From: Phoronis australis
Taxonomy: Eukaryota; Animalia; Phoronida
Assembly (NCBI GenBank): GCA_002633005.1
Contig: NMRA01000580.1
Location: 124,001-188,000, forward strand
Direction of reading: 5' to 3'
DNA: 64,000 nt
Position numbers and translations under genes: made by a program. Under the pieces are notes generated by a model, which did no database searches, had not been told where the DNA came from, and worked only from the letters and a program-made list of their open reading frames with translations. Shown here in pieces: positions 1-17,953 of the stretch (position 1 is the stretch's first letter; every line of letters begins with the position of its first letter).

Positions 1-3000
1 AAAAATTGAAAAAATCCGACATTTACAACCGTTCTCACTCCGTTTGTATAATGCCCGCCTCCACGGCGTTATGTTGTGGCCCGCCCATGCCGTATATTTA
101 CCACCGACCAGCTGTGATGTTGTAGTGACACACATCAATTCGCGCCAACGGTAATTGCAAAGCAAGAATGTGATCTTATCTCCTAAATGGCGTACAAATT
201 TGTTTTTACTTTTGTAAAGTTCTCCAAGAACGTGGCTCGCTTCTGTCAGGTGCGGTTGGATGGTAAACATGCGTTAAATGTTTACGACACATTTAAATAA
301 ACGCCACATAAACAATTGTCATTTGAATGTTCACGCAGCCGTTTAAATTTTCAATCTGTTGGTTGTCGTACTTGCCTCATGTTTAATCAACACATAGCGA
401 ACATCATAAAACTTGATTCTCCATGACCCATATGCCAAGTTCAATTCATTACAACCATTCGTTATTTAATACACAAAAGCTTGCTCATGATATCCGTGAT
501 ATCTCATTCAGGAGCACTGGATAAGTTGCCGTAATGAGGAGGGCCCATGAGGAGGACCCATTTGACAGTTCCAAGATATTTCGCCTAAGCTACAAGAGCG
601 ACAATGTACTGTACATTGTGTTTTTGTTGTAACTCCGTATACGAGATATGTGCAAAAAGTTGTACTTATGATGAAAGAGTGCTTTGAAATGTCAGATTCC
701 ATAAAGGTGAACAAACGAAGCTCTGCAGGACGGCGGAAGCTCAATCGTCAGGGTTTGACAGTGTGTAAAAAATCTTGTCTCTTGGTGGTGTAAAGGATAT
801 TACAAACAACCACTACTTGAACCTTTTAAAATGTTCAAACCTGTGACGTCATGTTCACGTGTCTCGAATGAATTTTTGCGCACTTGACACGCACGAGTCC
901 TGTAACTAAATAATTGAAACAAGGTCGTGCACTGCGTATATTATAGGACATGGGCTGCGTTCTGCGAGAGGTTCGCGAAACACAAGCTTGCGGCGAGCAA
1001 CGTTCACTTATAGAAACGAAGCCGTGTTTGTTCTTCCAAAATTCAACTGAACTTTCCAGCCCCATCGACTAAGCGCCTGAGTGAGATCCACTCCCGTGAT
1101 TTTGCGTGGTCTTGCGTGACTTCACCAAATTCACAAAAAAACTCGCCCTAATGGAACGCACTCATAGACCAAAGACCCTCACGATAACACCAAGCGTGAT
1201 TACTCTCTTCACTTGAAATGCCTAGTGAAATTTTGCGACAAACTTACGCGATTTACGTTTCGAGAGATTTTTACCTTTACGGAACGCGACCCAGGATTGA
1301 CATTACTTACTGCTTACTGCGCTATTGTGAGGCAAATATACGATGGAGCGTAATCAAATATGCAGCAACTTACTCCAATCGTTCTCTTCACGTCACGGAA
1401 CCGAAAATCGCAGAAATGAGACGGTTTCAATTCTTCAGAAAGATCCAATCATTTTCTTCAACGCCAGGAGAATAATTGTAACTAACTGAAAAGGTTTAAT
1501 TTACATTTTTCTCCAGAACTTCACCTGTGTGAATGATATTGTATTGCTGTTATCTACAAAAAAACTGGTGAAGAAACCATTCTGTTAGGAATGCAGCAAA
1601 GCGCATGATTTGAAATTGTTGAAGCAGCTAGTTAATAATCCAGAAACAATTGCAAGTACAAACCAATATGTCTGAACTTTGATAAGAAATACTGCATGTA
1701 TTCTTTAGTTTTGTGATAACTTTAGATTAGTAGTTTCTTGTAACAAGTCAATGGTCACTTAAATAACTTTTAGGAAAACTTTCACAACAAGCAATGCAAA
1801 CCTTTGAGTAATGATAAAAATTCTTACTGTTCAAGTGAGAGGCCAGGTAGCGGCATTTTATCACGGTTATCAGTAAAAGTTGACAAAGCACGCAAACACA
1901 TACTCGAGTTGATCAATTCATGTCTTGCCCATCAGTCCAAACGATAACACAATTACACAAATGCTAACCTTAAACAAGAACAACTATGCGTTTTATCTTT
2001 GAAAACTTACGATGTATCTGACTAACAAGTTACCAGGTCTACGTGCGTAAACACGCGTATGGCAACACTGTGTACATGTACATAAAATGGCAATGACATG
2101 AAATTGTCATACTGGATTTATGCTGTGAGAAAGGTCTGGCAACTTTAACATTTCTTTAATGTGTGTTCATGCAATTCTGTTTTGTACACTGGGTCAGTAG
2201 GACACATTTTTCATTGAATGTGACCAACTACGCAATTCACGTGATCATGAAGCCAAATGTTGAATTTTAACAGAACAATGAAAAATAAAAATGTAAATGC
2301 TGGTTAAAATGCGGTGCACGAATTGTGTGAGTAAAAATTGAGTGTGCTAAAAATTTAATGAACGAGCTGCCATCGAAACTGGTGGGAATTCGATGAGAAA
2401 CACGAGACATCCTATCGAACAGTTCCTTTTCTAATTAGCAAATCCAGTTCGCATAACCATGAGAAATTCCCTGCAGGGTTCTCAATCAGTGGGTAAAGTT
2501 ATGTTTGTTTATTCCTGAACACATTAGGATGTTCATTAATACTATAAACAGATCAGTTTTAGAGGTAGCCGGAAATTCGTTTTAATCTTGGCACGTGGCC
2601 GGGCTACCTGCAAGCCTTCCTGTTCTGGCAGTCGTCAAAACTGGCTTTATGTAATCTCTGCACTTGGCTCGCTGTTCTAATTAGTTTAATTAATCAGCAC
2701 AAACAGATCGGATCCAATCCCACCATGCACCTGTGTGTAACTCGTCAATCAAATGTTGGGACGGAGCCGTCACTCAAGACCTGGACACGGCGTTTTTAGT
2801 TCATACAGGATTCTGTAAGGAGTTATCAAGAAAGCTCTTTAAAAATGCAATAAACTGGTTTTGCATATAGTGATATTCTGCCTTTCTCAGTTTGGTGTTT
2901 TGTTTTCATTAAGAATTTGAAGTTTTCCTCTTTTCAAATGGATCAAACGCTTCAACTGTTTTACTCAAAGTTAGAAAGACGCATTCCTTATCGCCGTGGT

Positions 3001-6000
3001 CTCCATGCGTGTAAGCTGGCGACTGTGTCTAAGCCCGTACAGGTATCTGCCGTCAAAATTAATAAACCACTCAGACTAAATGACAACAGAAATACCCCTA
3101 GCGTTAAGTTCAGGCACGTGTGTTTCTTCTAACATTTAAACGATGGTCGCTCTAGATTTGTTTTCCGTGTGTCATTGGGGAAACTGGTTTGCCTTTACTG
3201 TTTTACCGTAGTCTTGAAAGGAGACAAGTTTACGCCATCTTGTTTTGGCCAAGAGCTTGTGGAAAAACCGCATGTGATGTCATGTGCGTTGTTACGAAGC
3301 ATCGCAGTTGAGTGTCGCCGCCATTTCGTCAATTAGAAGTTTCGAAAACTTGCTTTGTCTACACTATCAAACAAAAGAATTTAAATTTGCAAAGGTAATC
3401 TAAAAGAACAGCCCGTTGTACACTCTACTATATTTTTATACACACATTGCTCAATACCAAATTCAATAAAAACAAAAATTAGAAAACTCCTACATGCTTG
3501 TAAACGGGATCGGGAAAACACTAGGGGCACATTATGTAGATCCGAGAATTTAGGTGGATGCAGGGAGTAGGTAACACGCAACAGAGGAAAGGCGACCAAC
3601 TGTGAATAATAATATCTGCCGTTTGTGGACGAGTGAGCACCCCCCCCCTCCCCTCCCAACGGTAATGTACATTTACACATGCGCAACTGTTGGAATACCA
3701 ACTGAACTGTGCGAAAACAAGTATTATGAAAACTGACAAACTTCAAGTATTAAATCACGTTGTTTATTTCTGTAACTGAATTGAACGTTTGCTGCAAGTT
3801 TGCAACTTTTGAAACGAGATCCTGGCGCATTACCTCTACATCCGCCCAATTCCATGTGATTAACACTAAGTTTTATGATCTTGTTAGTCAAAAACTGCTC
3901 GCTAGAACGTTGGCATCAAAATAGTGAATCTCGTTTTACCTTCTTGAAGTGTGCGCAGAAAGAGGACATTTCTTCTATGGATTGTTATTATACCCAAACA
4001 GTAACTACCTTGCGTAAGCTCCACCCTTCCACCATTTCATCAAGTGGCAAAATTACAAGCTTTTAAGTGTAACTCCCAACTGCCAAAATCCAAAGGGTCC
4101 ACGCGTTCACTTGAATGTCACAAAAATAATTTTTGACGTAGACCACCTGCAAATAGTTACGAATTTGGTCTCAGGTTTTTTCTCGGTCAAATCCGAGGTG
4201 GTACCAAGGCTTTGAAAGATCTGTCAACTCTTCCGAATCAGTTATCGCTATAAGACAGGCACTACGAGCTATATGTACCCTGCCACAGCGTGTCACTGTA
4301 TGCGCCGACCATGGTCTCAATAAATATTTAAGTGCCAGTTCTTTGTACATGTACATTCAGATATCACTTCCCGTCAGAAAACACAACAAGGTGAGATCTC
4401 TTGTCAAGCTGTAAGTGGCCTAAGTCAAACTGTTCACTGCTTGGGCGGAACACGTGTTTATAGCCGTTTTAAACAATTAATAACAACACGAATAGTACAC
4501 ACAGACGCTCTAATTTCTTAAAAGAGAAATTAAGAACCGAAAGGGAAATGAAATGTTAAATAATTGTATATAAAAGTCATTAAATCGACAGTTGATCTCA
4601 TCAGTTCTCGTCCAAGGACACAAGTGCAAAACAGGTCCACGAAGTTTTCAAGGGAAGTTACAGTATTCTTGTTCACGAACCAGTCGGCTGCCGATAAGAA
4701 AATTTTATTCGCGGCAAAACTTTAGCAAAAGTTAGACACTGAATAAATACGACTTTTACTAGCATTTCACATTTAAAAACCAGTTCTACTTCTTGCTTTT
4801 AATTGCATGTTTCGAATGTTCAACGAATGCGTTCTTTTAATAATAAACTATCGAACAAATGCTACGACATTGTTCATGGGGTGGCATTGTTTGTCATGAC
4901 CTGTCATTTCTGGGCCGAAGGTTACTTTTCAAAGAACCAAACTTGCGCAGCGACAAATGACTTTTCCAAATCACCAAGCAATTAAAAATCCAACTATCTT
5001 AAATGGCCCCCAATTTATCGGCAGGGGGTCATTGTATAACGAGTTTTCCATACGTCCCAATCATCTAAACTACTGTCAACCACAGCAAGAAGCTTTTAAA
5101 TTCTCATTTAAAGCCGAAGACTGATGGGGTTTAAATGTAAACAAAGTCCTTTAATTTTTCTTTACTGCTGCAATGAACAAACTTGTAGTCTGTAATCAGA
5201 CGGATAGTATTTCTGAGTTCATACGCAGTAAAACAAACCCACGAATTATGACGCTTTTGTGCTGCCTGAAGCTAACCGTTATTGTACAAATATTTTTATG
5301 ATAGGGACCAGGTTAGTGCAAATCCTACATAAACATGCAAAAAATGTAGCCAAGACAACCACGTGTTCTCTGTTCGCACATTGCAGTAATCGCTAATCAC
5401 TTTACTACAAAGTGTGAATTACTTGATACAATATTTGTATCTTTTACACGTACTTTTCAATTCCGTATCCATTCCTCATTTTTATTCCGTTCATTTTATT
5501 GATTCAACTTGTGGTAGATCTCTGTTATAATCTATGATTTGCTAACCCTAGTACCACGTGAGGTATTTTCTCAAATAGATCTTATCAGTTATAATTTTCA
5601 TAATTGAACTACCAGCATCGAAAAAATTATTCGAGTTTGGCTAGTTTTGTGTGAAAGATTTGGAAAACCTTTGAAAATTCGAAGTTCAATTTTCCGAAAC
5701 ATCGACTTCTTAACGTTTCAAACTATTCAAACGTAAATGTGCCATTTGTTTTCTTTTCGTGATTTCTCTGACGTCATTCATACATGTATGGGTTCAGTAA
5801 GAAATCCCTGACAACTGGAACTATATCTTGGGAATATTTGTCTTACGGTGAGACAACTCGCTTTTAGGACAATTCGGTTGCCAGAAAACGAAGGTAACAA
5901 AATACCTGATTTTAACAATACATGTTCCCGGTTTCAGAAACATGGTATTTGAAATGTTTTTACAAGAAGACAGTTTCGGGCGCCTTTCAGGGGATCATAT

Positions 6001-6228
6001 TGGTATAAAGATTAGTAGACGATGAGTCTGAAACGCTTAAAATTCTCCATCTGTGTGATCCACTGAAAATGGTGTTTAACAATCCTATATTGGAACCTGT
6101 CCTGTTTATTGAACACCCGACGCAGGTTACTCAAACTCAGAAAACGATGACGTTTCAAACCAACTGGCAACATGACAAAACGATTTTCCTCTCTAAACCT
6201 ATCACACAAGGCATAAGCAAGTATAATA

Positions 6229-6307
6229 CATGGGCGGCGCACCATAAGGGACTGGGGGGGGGGGGGNTTTATAGCCTCCCACTTATTTCAGTGCTGCGCC
6301 GCCCATG
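6229..6307. mobile_element. 79-bp mini-MITE, TIR CATGGGCGGCGCA
   Basis: Perfect 13-bp terminal inverted repeat; flanks TAATA/CAATA (5-bp TSD, 1 mismatch); internal G-run with an N. Confidence 0.6.
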
Positions 6308-9300
6308 CAATAGTTTTCAAAAAAAAGTTTTTTTGACGGGGTATGTCAATCCGTAAAAAAACTGGGTCGCTTTAAGATATTGTCACGTGGCAAGGGAAAC
6401 TTTGAGAAAAATTCGTTAGAGTTGCTTGCGTGGTTTCCATTTTTGGTAGTACTTGATAATGGAATGCACCATTAACATACCAAACTAAGTCCAACTACCT
6501 GCAACAGTCAACTCAATCCATTCATATCTACCTGCAACAGTCAACTCTACTTATCATCTTGTCACTTTCGTTTTCTAACTCTTACCGCAAGAAAAAATCA
6601 TACAACAAATCAAATTGTCAGGAATTTTTTCTAGACTCATACGAAATTAAATTTTCCATTTCTCATTTTTTTTGGAAATTAGGACCTAAAGCAAATGGTA
6701 CACTTAATTTTTAGAAATTTATCAACCGTTTTTGTCAAAATTCACAACTGATCAATGAATAATTTAACTACGAAGTTCAGTCGAGTTAGAAAATATTTTG
6801 CATTGTGTTAAATGAACGTTTTTATTTGGGCTTACGTTTCGACCAAACTGACTTGCGTTAAAATCTATGTTTTGAAGTTTTTAACTAATATGAAGCGGAA
6901 GCAATATCTTTAAGTTACATTGTATGAACACTTGAGACATTATGTGAACAAGCTTACATGATCATTTGTCGCGGAAAAAACAGTATTCAAACTTTGTGGA
7001 CCTCTAAATGAATCCCACCCAACAAGTGAAAAATACTCGACACGGTACAGTAAATTTTGAATTGAGCATACCTATCACATTTTCCAACGCAGTTATTCTT
7101 TTACCGATGCAACGACAAAGCATAAAGTGAAATGCCGTGTCTTTGTTAATTCACCACATTCCGCGTTTTGTCTCAGTTGTACTAGATCGCGTACTTAGAG
7201 TTTAACTATTTTCGTTATACAGAAGAATTCGTATGTTTTTGGAAGGCTAATTCGTTCAGTTTTAACGCTGTCCTCGCGCTTCCCTCAGTGGAATACAGGC
7301 CAGCTACAAGAATTTTATTCTTATCCCCACCATCAACGTGTAGTGCAAACTTGCTCTCTCCTCATGCACTAACGTATTCATGTCGGGCGATGGATTTTGC
7401 TAGCTGTGCGATAATTCCTCGTTACTCCCCACCTCACCGTGACCGACAGAGCAGATCTGATCAACACATGTGAATGCACCCCCCCGGGAGTGAAGCCTAA
7501 TTCACATCAACTTTAAAATCCCGGAACTGAAATTACGTTGGTTTACACTGGGGCATTGGGTTTAATCTTGTTATAGTTGGCTAAATTCAGGATATCCGTT
7601 TGGGAGAAGGTGAGAAATTAACCCTACAGTCCTTCCCCCTTGGGGATTCCTGTGTCGTCTGTCTGATTGACTGCTTTGTAAAGGTAAAATAGAGGAAGAT
7701 ATCCCATGCAACAGAACGTCGGCTCATATTACAAGTATGAACACGTGGAGAGCACGAGATATTTAATTCTTGATTAATTTGAACCTAAGAACTTATTTCG
7801 ACAAGTCTCTGTTTTAGTTTAATATTGATCAAATTTTACTAAGGAATTTAAAACACGGGTTTGTAGAAAGTCTTTTGAACATCATGTGGTCCATATTATC
7901 CTGCTTAGGCGAACAACACACTTAGATATGAACATAAATCGCTCAGGAATCGATTATATGCCGTAATCAAAGTGAATCTACCCAGGCGCAGATAAGATAT
8001 TATTCCAAAATTTCTCAGGCAAATGTTGACCTACAAATGACTGATGGTGCAATTTGGCAACTATTAAACAACCAGTTGCTTGGTAAAACTAATCAAACAA
8101 CCAAATTTTTCCACTTGTGCTCAGAACGAATGTTTTTCCCATCAAAGTATCGAGATATGCGGGGGCCTCCGCCAATGTAGGTGCAATGTTTTGATGTTTT
8201 AGAGGTTGTTTACTATTACGTAATATTTGATGAGCGTCTTACGCAGAATTCTATAAACATCTAGCACTGAGGTTTAAGTTCCTGCTCGCCTGGCGGGTAT
8301 TACTAATCAGGAAAACAAGTACTGTGTGCGCATCTACATATTCAAACGAGAATATAGCAACCTACCATTGCTAATTTATTAAGTGCATGAAGATATTTCG
8401 TCGAAACATTTCCATTTTTCCGACTTCAACTTAAAGTCCCTTCTAACAAATAGTGTCTTGTTTTTGCTTTTATTTGACATAGTGATTTTACAGTCATCTT
8501 TCTGGAAGTGCTTTTAGCACATACATTAGTATCCAAAACCACGAGAAAATGCCCTTGGCGCACTCTGGCGTAATTTGGTGACGTCAGTGACCATCTGACA
8601 AGTTGACTTTAACAATAGGAGGACACGACTGACACCTGATGACGTCACCAGTGTGACGTAACTTGCCAACCAGTCCATGGTTTCTCACAAAATAAAAGTG
8701 ACAGTTTCACGAATCGTCAGATGACTTTAACCAATAAAAAAGTTTAATGAATTGTGAAATTTTGTGTTGGATGAATGTATTATGGGTGAGATGGGGTGCT
8801 GACGAATGCAAAGAAGGATTAAATTTGCTTTTTAGCAAAGGTCTTCAAATCAACACCACAGAGAATGTTTAAACTTTATAATGGTAAAGAAAGCATCTCA
8901 CTAAAAATCTGTCTCGAGCTCAGTAAAAACCTATTGCGTAGACCATTTGAAAGAATTTGCACCCTTACGCGTAAAGCTGTAATGCGCTGAAGTGATTTAC
9001 TCTACTTTTAATGTAATGCTCCTTGGACCTAATCTTTCACTTAAAACTTGTAGATAGTTGAAAACGTTTTTATAACATACGAGACGATTCGTCAAAATCA
9101 CTGGTAATTCATAAATCAATGCATACCAAAAGTTTCCTGATATCGTGCTGTGCTTATACGGGGTTTATTCTTATCAAAAATAATTAAGAATCAGTCATTG
9201 AATTAATACCTCGGGGGTCACTTAACTGTTTTGACGAGGTTTGCCTCCAGGGAATTAAGGTACTCAAAGTTTTGGACCATTAACACCAGGGGTATTTGTA

Positions 9301-11316
9301 GCGACAAAGGTGAATCCTCTTGTAGAGGTTCGATCCTTAATATATTAACCCTACAAAATCCTTAGTTGACTGGAAATTGATTTAACAACCCTGTAGGCCC
9401 ACAAACCATAGTATAAGTGCCGATTGAATTTATTGCCAGATGAACGTTTTTGAAAAATCCCTAGGCCAAAAAGTGAAGCCTCTGGTAAGGGATTGAACCA
9501 GAGTAAAACCCTTTCGTAGGAACAAAAAACATGCATCTGAGCTACCCGTTCCCATGTGCCTTCGGTGACAGAATTCCTAAATAGAATGCATTCAGGATAG
9601 GGATCAGTTCCTAGATTCGTGTCAGTTTCCCCGAAAGCCTGTAGCACTCCACAGCTATCTCGGCCAAGGCACATTATTGTTTATGTCATGCATTCGGTGA
9701 TAAAGTGACGTACAGGTGTTAGTCACTGAGGGCGCACTACCTGTAGATAACGACAGGGCGTGCGATCACTTTGACGAAGGCTGTCGGACTAGTGAACACC
9801 TGGACGTTTATTGCCCCAAAACGTGACCTCGGACTGTAGCGGCAGAAACCAAAGAGGGGTGTTGTTTTTTCACCCACTACTAGAAATTGATAAGAGTATA
9901 TTTGTGATTAATAACAAGATATAGCGATTGAGAAACCGTGTTTAAGAGCAGTAAAACCTTTCCCAAGCTTCCCTAGTGTTTAACCCACTCGAACCTAAAT
10001 GCGTTCTTTATGTAAACGTTTTTGCGTAGTAGCCAAACGATTCATTTATGGTCTGCATCTGAAGAACAGCAATCGTCCCGAACTAGATATTCACGTCGAA
10101 AGGGTTTACTGATTTTGTAATTTAATGAAATATCGACAAACATTTCAACCATTGGCAAACAATGTTCTTCGTACAACTCCCCAGGTAATAATTATTATAT
10201 TTCCTTAAGGTTAACCAAGACAATATGCAATCGTTTTTCTGATATTCACTCGTGCCAGCAGACGCATTGATACGGAAATCAGGGTTTATTTATTTGTTTG
10301 CGGTTTCTCTTGCAATGCGATATTTCTGTATTTGGCTTGTGATTAGCTGGAGAACTAGTGAAATTTTGTGTGGGGCAACCAAACGTCTTTTGAGTCGCCA
10401 AGACAGGTGTCATTCCATTCGCCATGTTCTTCTAGAGTTTCGTGGTGTGTACGTTCAGCCATTGTAACACAGCACCACAGGAAAAGTAGCAGCATGCAAG
10501 GTAGAAAACAAAACATTCCATGCTACCGACAGACATGCTTGTTTTCACCCATACATTCGCAAATTTTAATTTTTGCAGTAATTTAAACTCAAATCAAAAT
10601 CAAACATAGCTAAACTTCTTAATCCAAGCAGCTTCCATATCCAACTGAATTACTTTTACGAAAGGTTAAACGTAATCAATGAGATGCATTTGTGTTTACT
10701 TAGTGACTTTTACCTAGCATTTAATATTCTATTTCAGGCAGTTAAATTGTAGATTTTGAATACGTTATAATAACCAAGTAATCATTATTGTGGAGTATAA
10801 GGTCGCTGGGAAGAGTGAGGTGTCCCTGCTTCTGCCATATGTTACCTATTCACCCAGTTTCCAACCTGCACCACGGTCAACATTCCCCTCAATTAGTGAA
10901 CGTGTTTACTGACAATTTTGTTCGCAGGAGTTGAAATCGTATACAACATACGAGTAGCAAAAATTGACTGGTCGGAATAAATGGTTATCAGTTAAAACCT
11001 GCTACATCCCCTTAAATATATTATTTTTACCATCGTCTGTAAAGTCATTGTTCAAATATTAGTGCAACAGTTCGGTTAGTCCCAACACCATCGCCAAGGA
11101 ATATCACTGGATAATAAGGGGTACGCGATAACGAGTCAGACCTGGTGAAAATTGTTGCCTGTTAAATTCTACAACACCAAATGTAGTGAAACTGAATAAA
11201 CGAACCACGTAACTTGTCGTAATTTTGAGTTGTTTGGGGATACTACAGGCCAGAAGAATAAAACATGTGTACAAATGCTCCCGAAAAATTATCGGGATTT
11301 TGAAATAAATGGGGAG

Positions 11317-11381
11317 GTAGGTTAAGTTGAGTGTATACGTAGGTTAAGTTGAGTGTATACGTAGGTTAAATTGAGTGTATA
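11317..11381. repeat. 22-bp tandem repeat, ~3 copies (GTAGGTTAAGTTGAGTGTATAC)
   Basis: Two identical copies plus one with a single substitution. Confidence 0.9.
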
Positions 11382-12470
11382 TTGACAAAATTATTGACAA
11401 GAAGCTGCAACTGATCCTGGCTCAGAGGTCGTAATGTATGTGCCTCAGTAACTATGGGAACGTGTTGTCGAGTTCCTATAGAAAGAAATTGGCAAGACAT
11501 GGAAAATATTCGAAACCTAAAATAAAGAAAAAAATATAATGAAAACATACGTTTAGTAAAGGAAAACTATGTATTCATACAAGGGAAAATATATACATGT
11601 ACAGTACTCAAGTCACTAAAACTGTTCCTCTAACGGCTGGTCAAGGAAAATGTACAGTAACAGTACATAATAGCAAAAACAGGAAATACGTTGTAAGTTG
11701 ATAACGGCCTTAAATATTTCAACACTAGATTTTTGACTATCGTTAATTATTACACGCAAATGTTTTTGTGACTCATGATTTCCGAGATAATGTGTCGCAT
11801 AAGCCCATTTCGAATAACTTAACTATCTGTAACAATACAAAAATAAAATCTTCATATTATCTTACAGGGAAGAATGTGTTGTCGGATTAATAATTTTAGA
11901 ATTCTGAAAACGCCTATTTGCGGCCATTTCAAGCGATGACTCAAAAGAGCTATCGCAATAATAAGAGGTCACACGGGCAGTATGCAGCGGCATAAGATCA
12001 CGCTGAAATATCTGGGTCACCTGTTTTTTAGAGCTTACGAAGAAGTTGAATTTCTCAAAATATTTTAACCCAAGCGTGTTAAAAATGGTACAATATTACT
12101 TGATGGTCTATATACAAGAACTTATAAAAGAAACAGATTTTTTCTACCATTCAATTAGAATTAAAAGTTACACTGAATCAAACAAAGATTTAGGAAAATG
12201 ATATTCGCTTAACCGACATAAACAGTACGTATATTTTGTCAATTGCACAGATTTTTCAACGTATTTCGCCCTTCAGCACAAGTGATTTGGTACTCCTCAT
12301 ATTTTTTATGTCACTCAAAAACATTTATGACAATTACTTACATATCTACACAGTTTTCGCGCATAAGCACTCTCTGTCAACATATCAAGTCCTGAAATAT
12401 CATCTTGAGCAAATAAAACTGGTTTCTGAATATTTCGACTTTTCTCCTTCGGCACAGACCGCCATTTTTG

Positions 12471-15886
<3,416 letters not shown>

Positions 15887-16334
15887 AGTACAGTTGGACC
15901 GCCTTGTGTCCACTTCTGCCGGAATTCAATGACCAGTGTCCAGTGAAGTGTCAGTATACAACCATGGTTCTGGCACTCATACCAGCCGCCGCGTAAGAAT
16001 TAGTCAGACGTAGTGAGTCAACACTTAATTAGGTTCCCCGACAGCAGAAATGCGCGCATGCAAAACAACAAAAGTAAGGAAGACTTAAAAACTTCCAACT
16101 CAAACCAAATAATCACGTGCTTCCACTTTGCATATCCAAAATCTGCCGCTATCAAGCTGACTTGTGTAAGTAAAGTATGATTGCTCGTAGAAGTATCACA
16201 GTCCGCGGTCGGAAGTACACTGCCTCTTGCTTGAACAGAACACGGCGTCTTATCGAACAGGTGATCTCGGCTCGCGAGAACAGTTGGATGATAGCCGGTG
16301 CCTCGACTTACAATGCTTGACTGTTCTGATCAGC

Positions 16335-16372
16335 CCAACTGGGGTGCACCCGGTGTGAGCAGTATTTTTATA
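16335..16372 (-). promoter_or_regulatory. Probable twist core promoter: TATA box and initiator
   Basis: Minus-strand TATAAAA at 16372-16366 and Inr-like CCAGTT with A at 16340, 32 nt downstream; about 450 nt upstream of the twist ATG. Confidence 0.6.
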
Positions 16373-17093
16373 CGCTAGCGACAAACAGCAATTTCCGGGC
16401 CAGTTGGATAATACCGTAAATAAGACCACGCGAGATCATCTTTAGTAAATAATGTAGACATTGTCTATTATTGCTTTGTATATAAGCAGGATCCACTAAC
16501 AATAGAAGGAAGTTGTCGTAGCAGAAACTACATATATTGCCTTATGATGCATGTGTAACTGTCTTCAGGATTTGCTGTGTGCCGGAGTCTCAAAATAATT
16601 TTAACACGAGCAAATTTGCGTTCCTGTAGTCAGTTTCGTCAGCATGGTGACGAAGTAAATAGATTGTAAATTTTGTGTTTTACAAAAATTAGGATATTTC
16701 TACATTTCTAATACATTGCAGACGATTACCGAGTATTCTTCCTTCTTTTACGTATGCAAAACATCACGTGAAATTTTCGTCTAACAGAAACATTTGACTG
16801 GCCAGAATCCCAGAACTCAAAGCTTGCAGATTTGTTGAGCTTTTGTACACAGCGGACGAATCTTATTTAATTTACACGCGAAATGATTCGTTATGGCACG
16901 TAACACTGTACTAAAACTAATTCGCTCTATTCATTTGGAAACAAGAAAATTGCCGCGAGCAGGGTCAAAATAGGTCCAGGCGCCAACCCTGGTAGATACG
17001 GGAATGTCATAGGTTGACATAAACCTGTGTCTGGTGTAGCGACTTACATCGAGTAACTGGCTAAAGGCAATATTAAATAGTCATATCATTCTA

Positions 17094-17397
17094 CTCTTAC
17101 TCAACGAGCACTTTTTGCTTAATTAACGCGTACTTTTACTTAATCAACGCGTACGTTTAGTCAGTTCATATAGTCGAATCACGCCCGTGCTCTCAAATCT
17201 CAAAATGACCAATTTACGTGGTTATACTTGATAAGAATCTGCAACACTCTTCAAAAGTTGTCATAAACCCATGTTAATAGTCTTCCGCCATTTTAAGATT
17301 TGAGAGCATGGGCGTGGACTGTATGAACTGACTAAAAGTACGCGTTAATTAAATAAAATTACGCGTTGATTAAGCAAAAGTGCGCGTTGAATAAGAG
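17094..17397. mobile_element. Foldback/MITE-like imperfect inverted repeat (~110-bp arms)
   Basis: Arm 17094-17207 (CTCTTACTCAACG...CTCTCAAATCTCAAAATG) is the reverse complement of 17289-17397 (CATTTTAAGATTTGAGAG...CGTTGAATAAGAG); internal TTAATCAACGCGTA subrepeats continue to ~17465. Confidence 0.75.
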
Positions 17398-17536
17398 CAG
17401 AACGATGATCGTTTAAGAACTAAAAGTACGCATTGATTAAGTAAAACTACGCGTTGATTAAGTACATTTCTAAAGGTACTCCTTATAAGAACGCTTTGAC
17501 GCTCTTTTTCGTTCTGCACACTGTTTCGTGGAATTG

Positions 17537-17953
17537 CTTTACTAACCATCCTGATGAACATGTAGTACACTGACAGGACTTTACTTTACTAACCATCCTG
17601 ATGAACATGTAGTACACTGACAGGACTTTACTTTACTAACCAGTCAGATGAACATGTAGTACACTGACAGGACTTTACTTTACTAACCATCCTGATGAAC
17701 ATGTAATACACTGACCGAATATTACTTTACTAAGCATCCAGATGAACATGTAGTACACTGACAGAACATTACTTTACTAACCATCCAGATGAACATGTAG
17801 TACACTGACAGGACTTTACTTTACTAACCAGTCAGATGAACATGTAGTACACTGACAGGACTTTACTTTACTAACCATCCTGATGAACATGTAATACACT
17901 GACCGAATATTACTTTACTAAGCATCCAGATGAACATGTAGTACACTGACAGA
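17537..17953. repeat. 47-bp minisatellite, ~9 copies
   Basis: Unit CTTTACTAACCATCCTGATGAACATGTAGTACACTGACAGGACTTTA starting at 17537, 17584, 17631, 17678, 17725, 17772, 17819, 17866, 17913; no unique spacers. Confidence 0.95.

Noticed and set aside
1-12400. Short ORFs (60-120 aa) downstream of twist
   Set aside because: No domains, splice-consistent chains or coding-like composition; treated as intergenic noise.
17537-17953. CRISPR-like regular array
   Set aside because: Units are contiguous with no unique spacers, no cas genes, eukaryotic context; it is a minisatellite.
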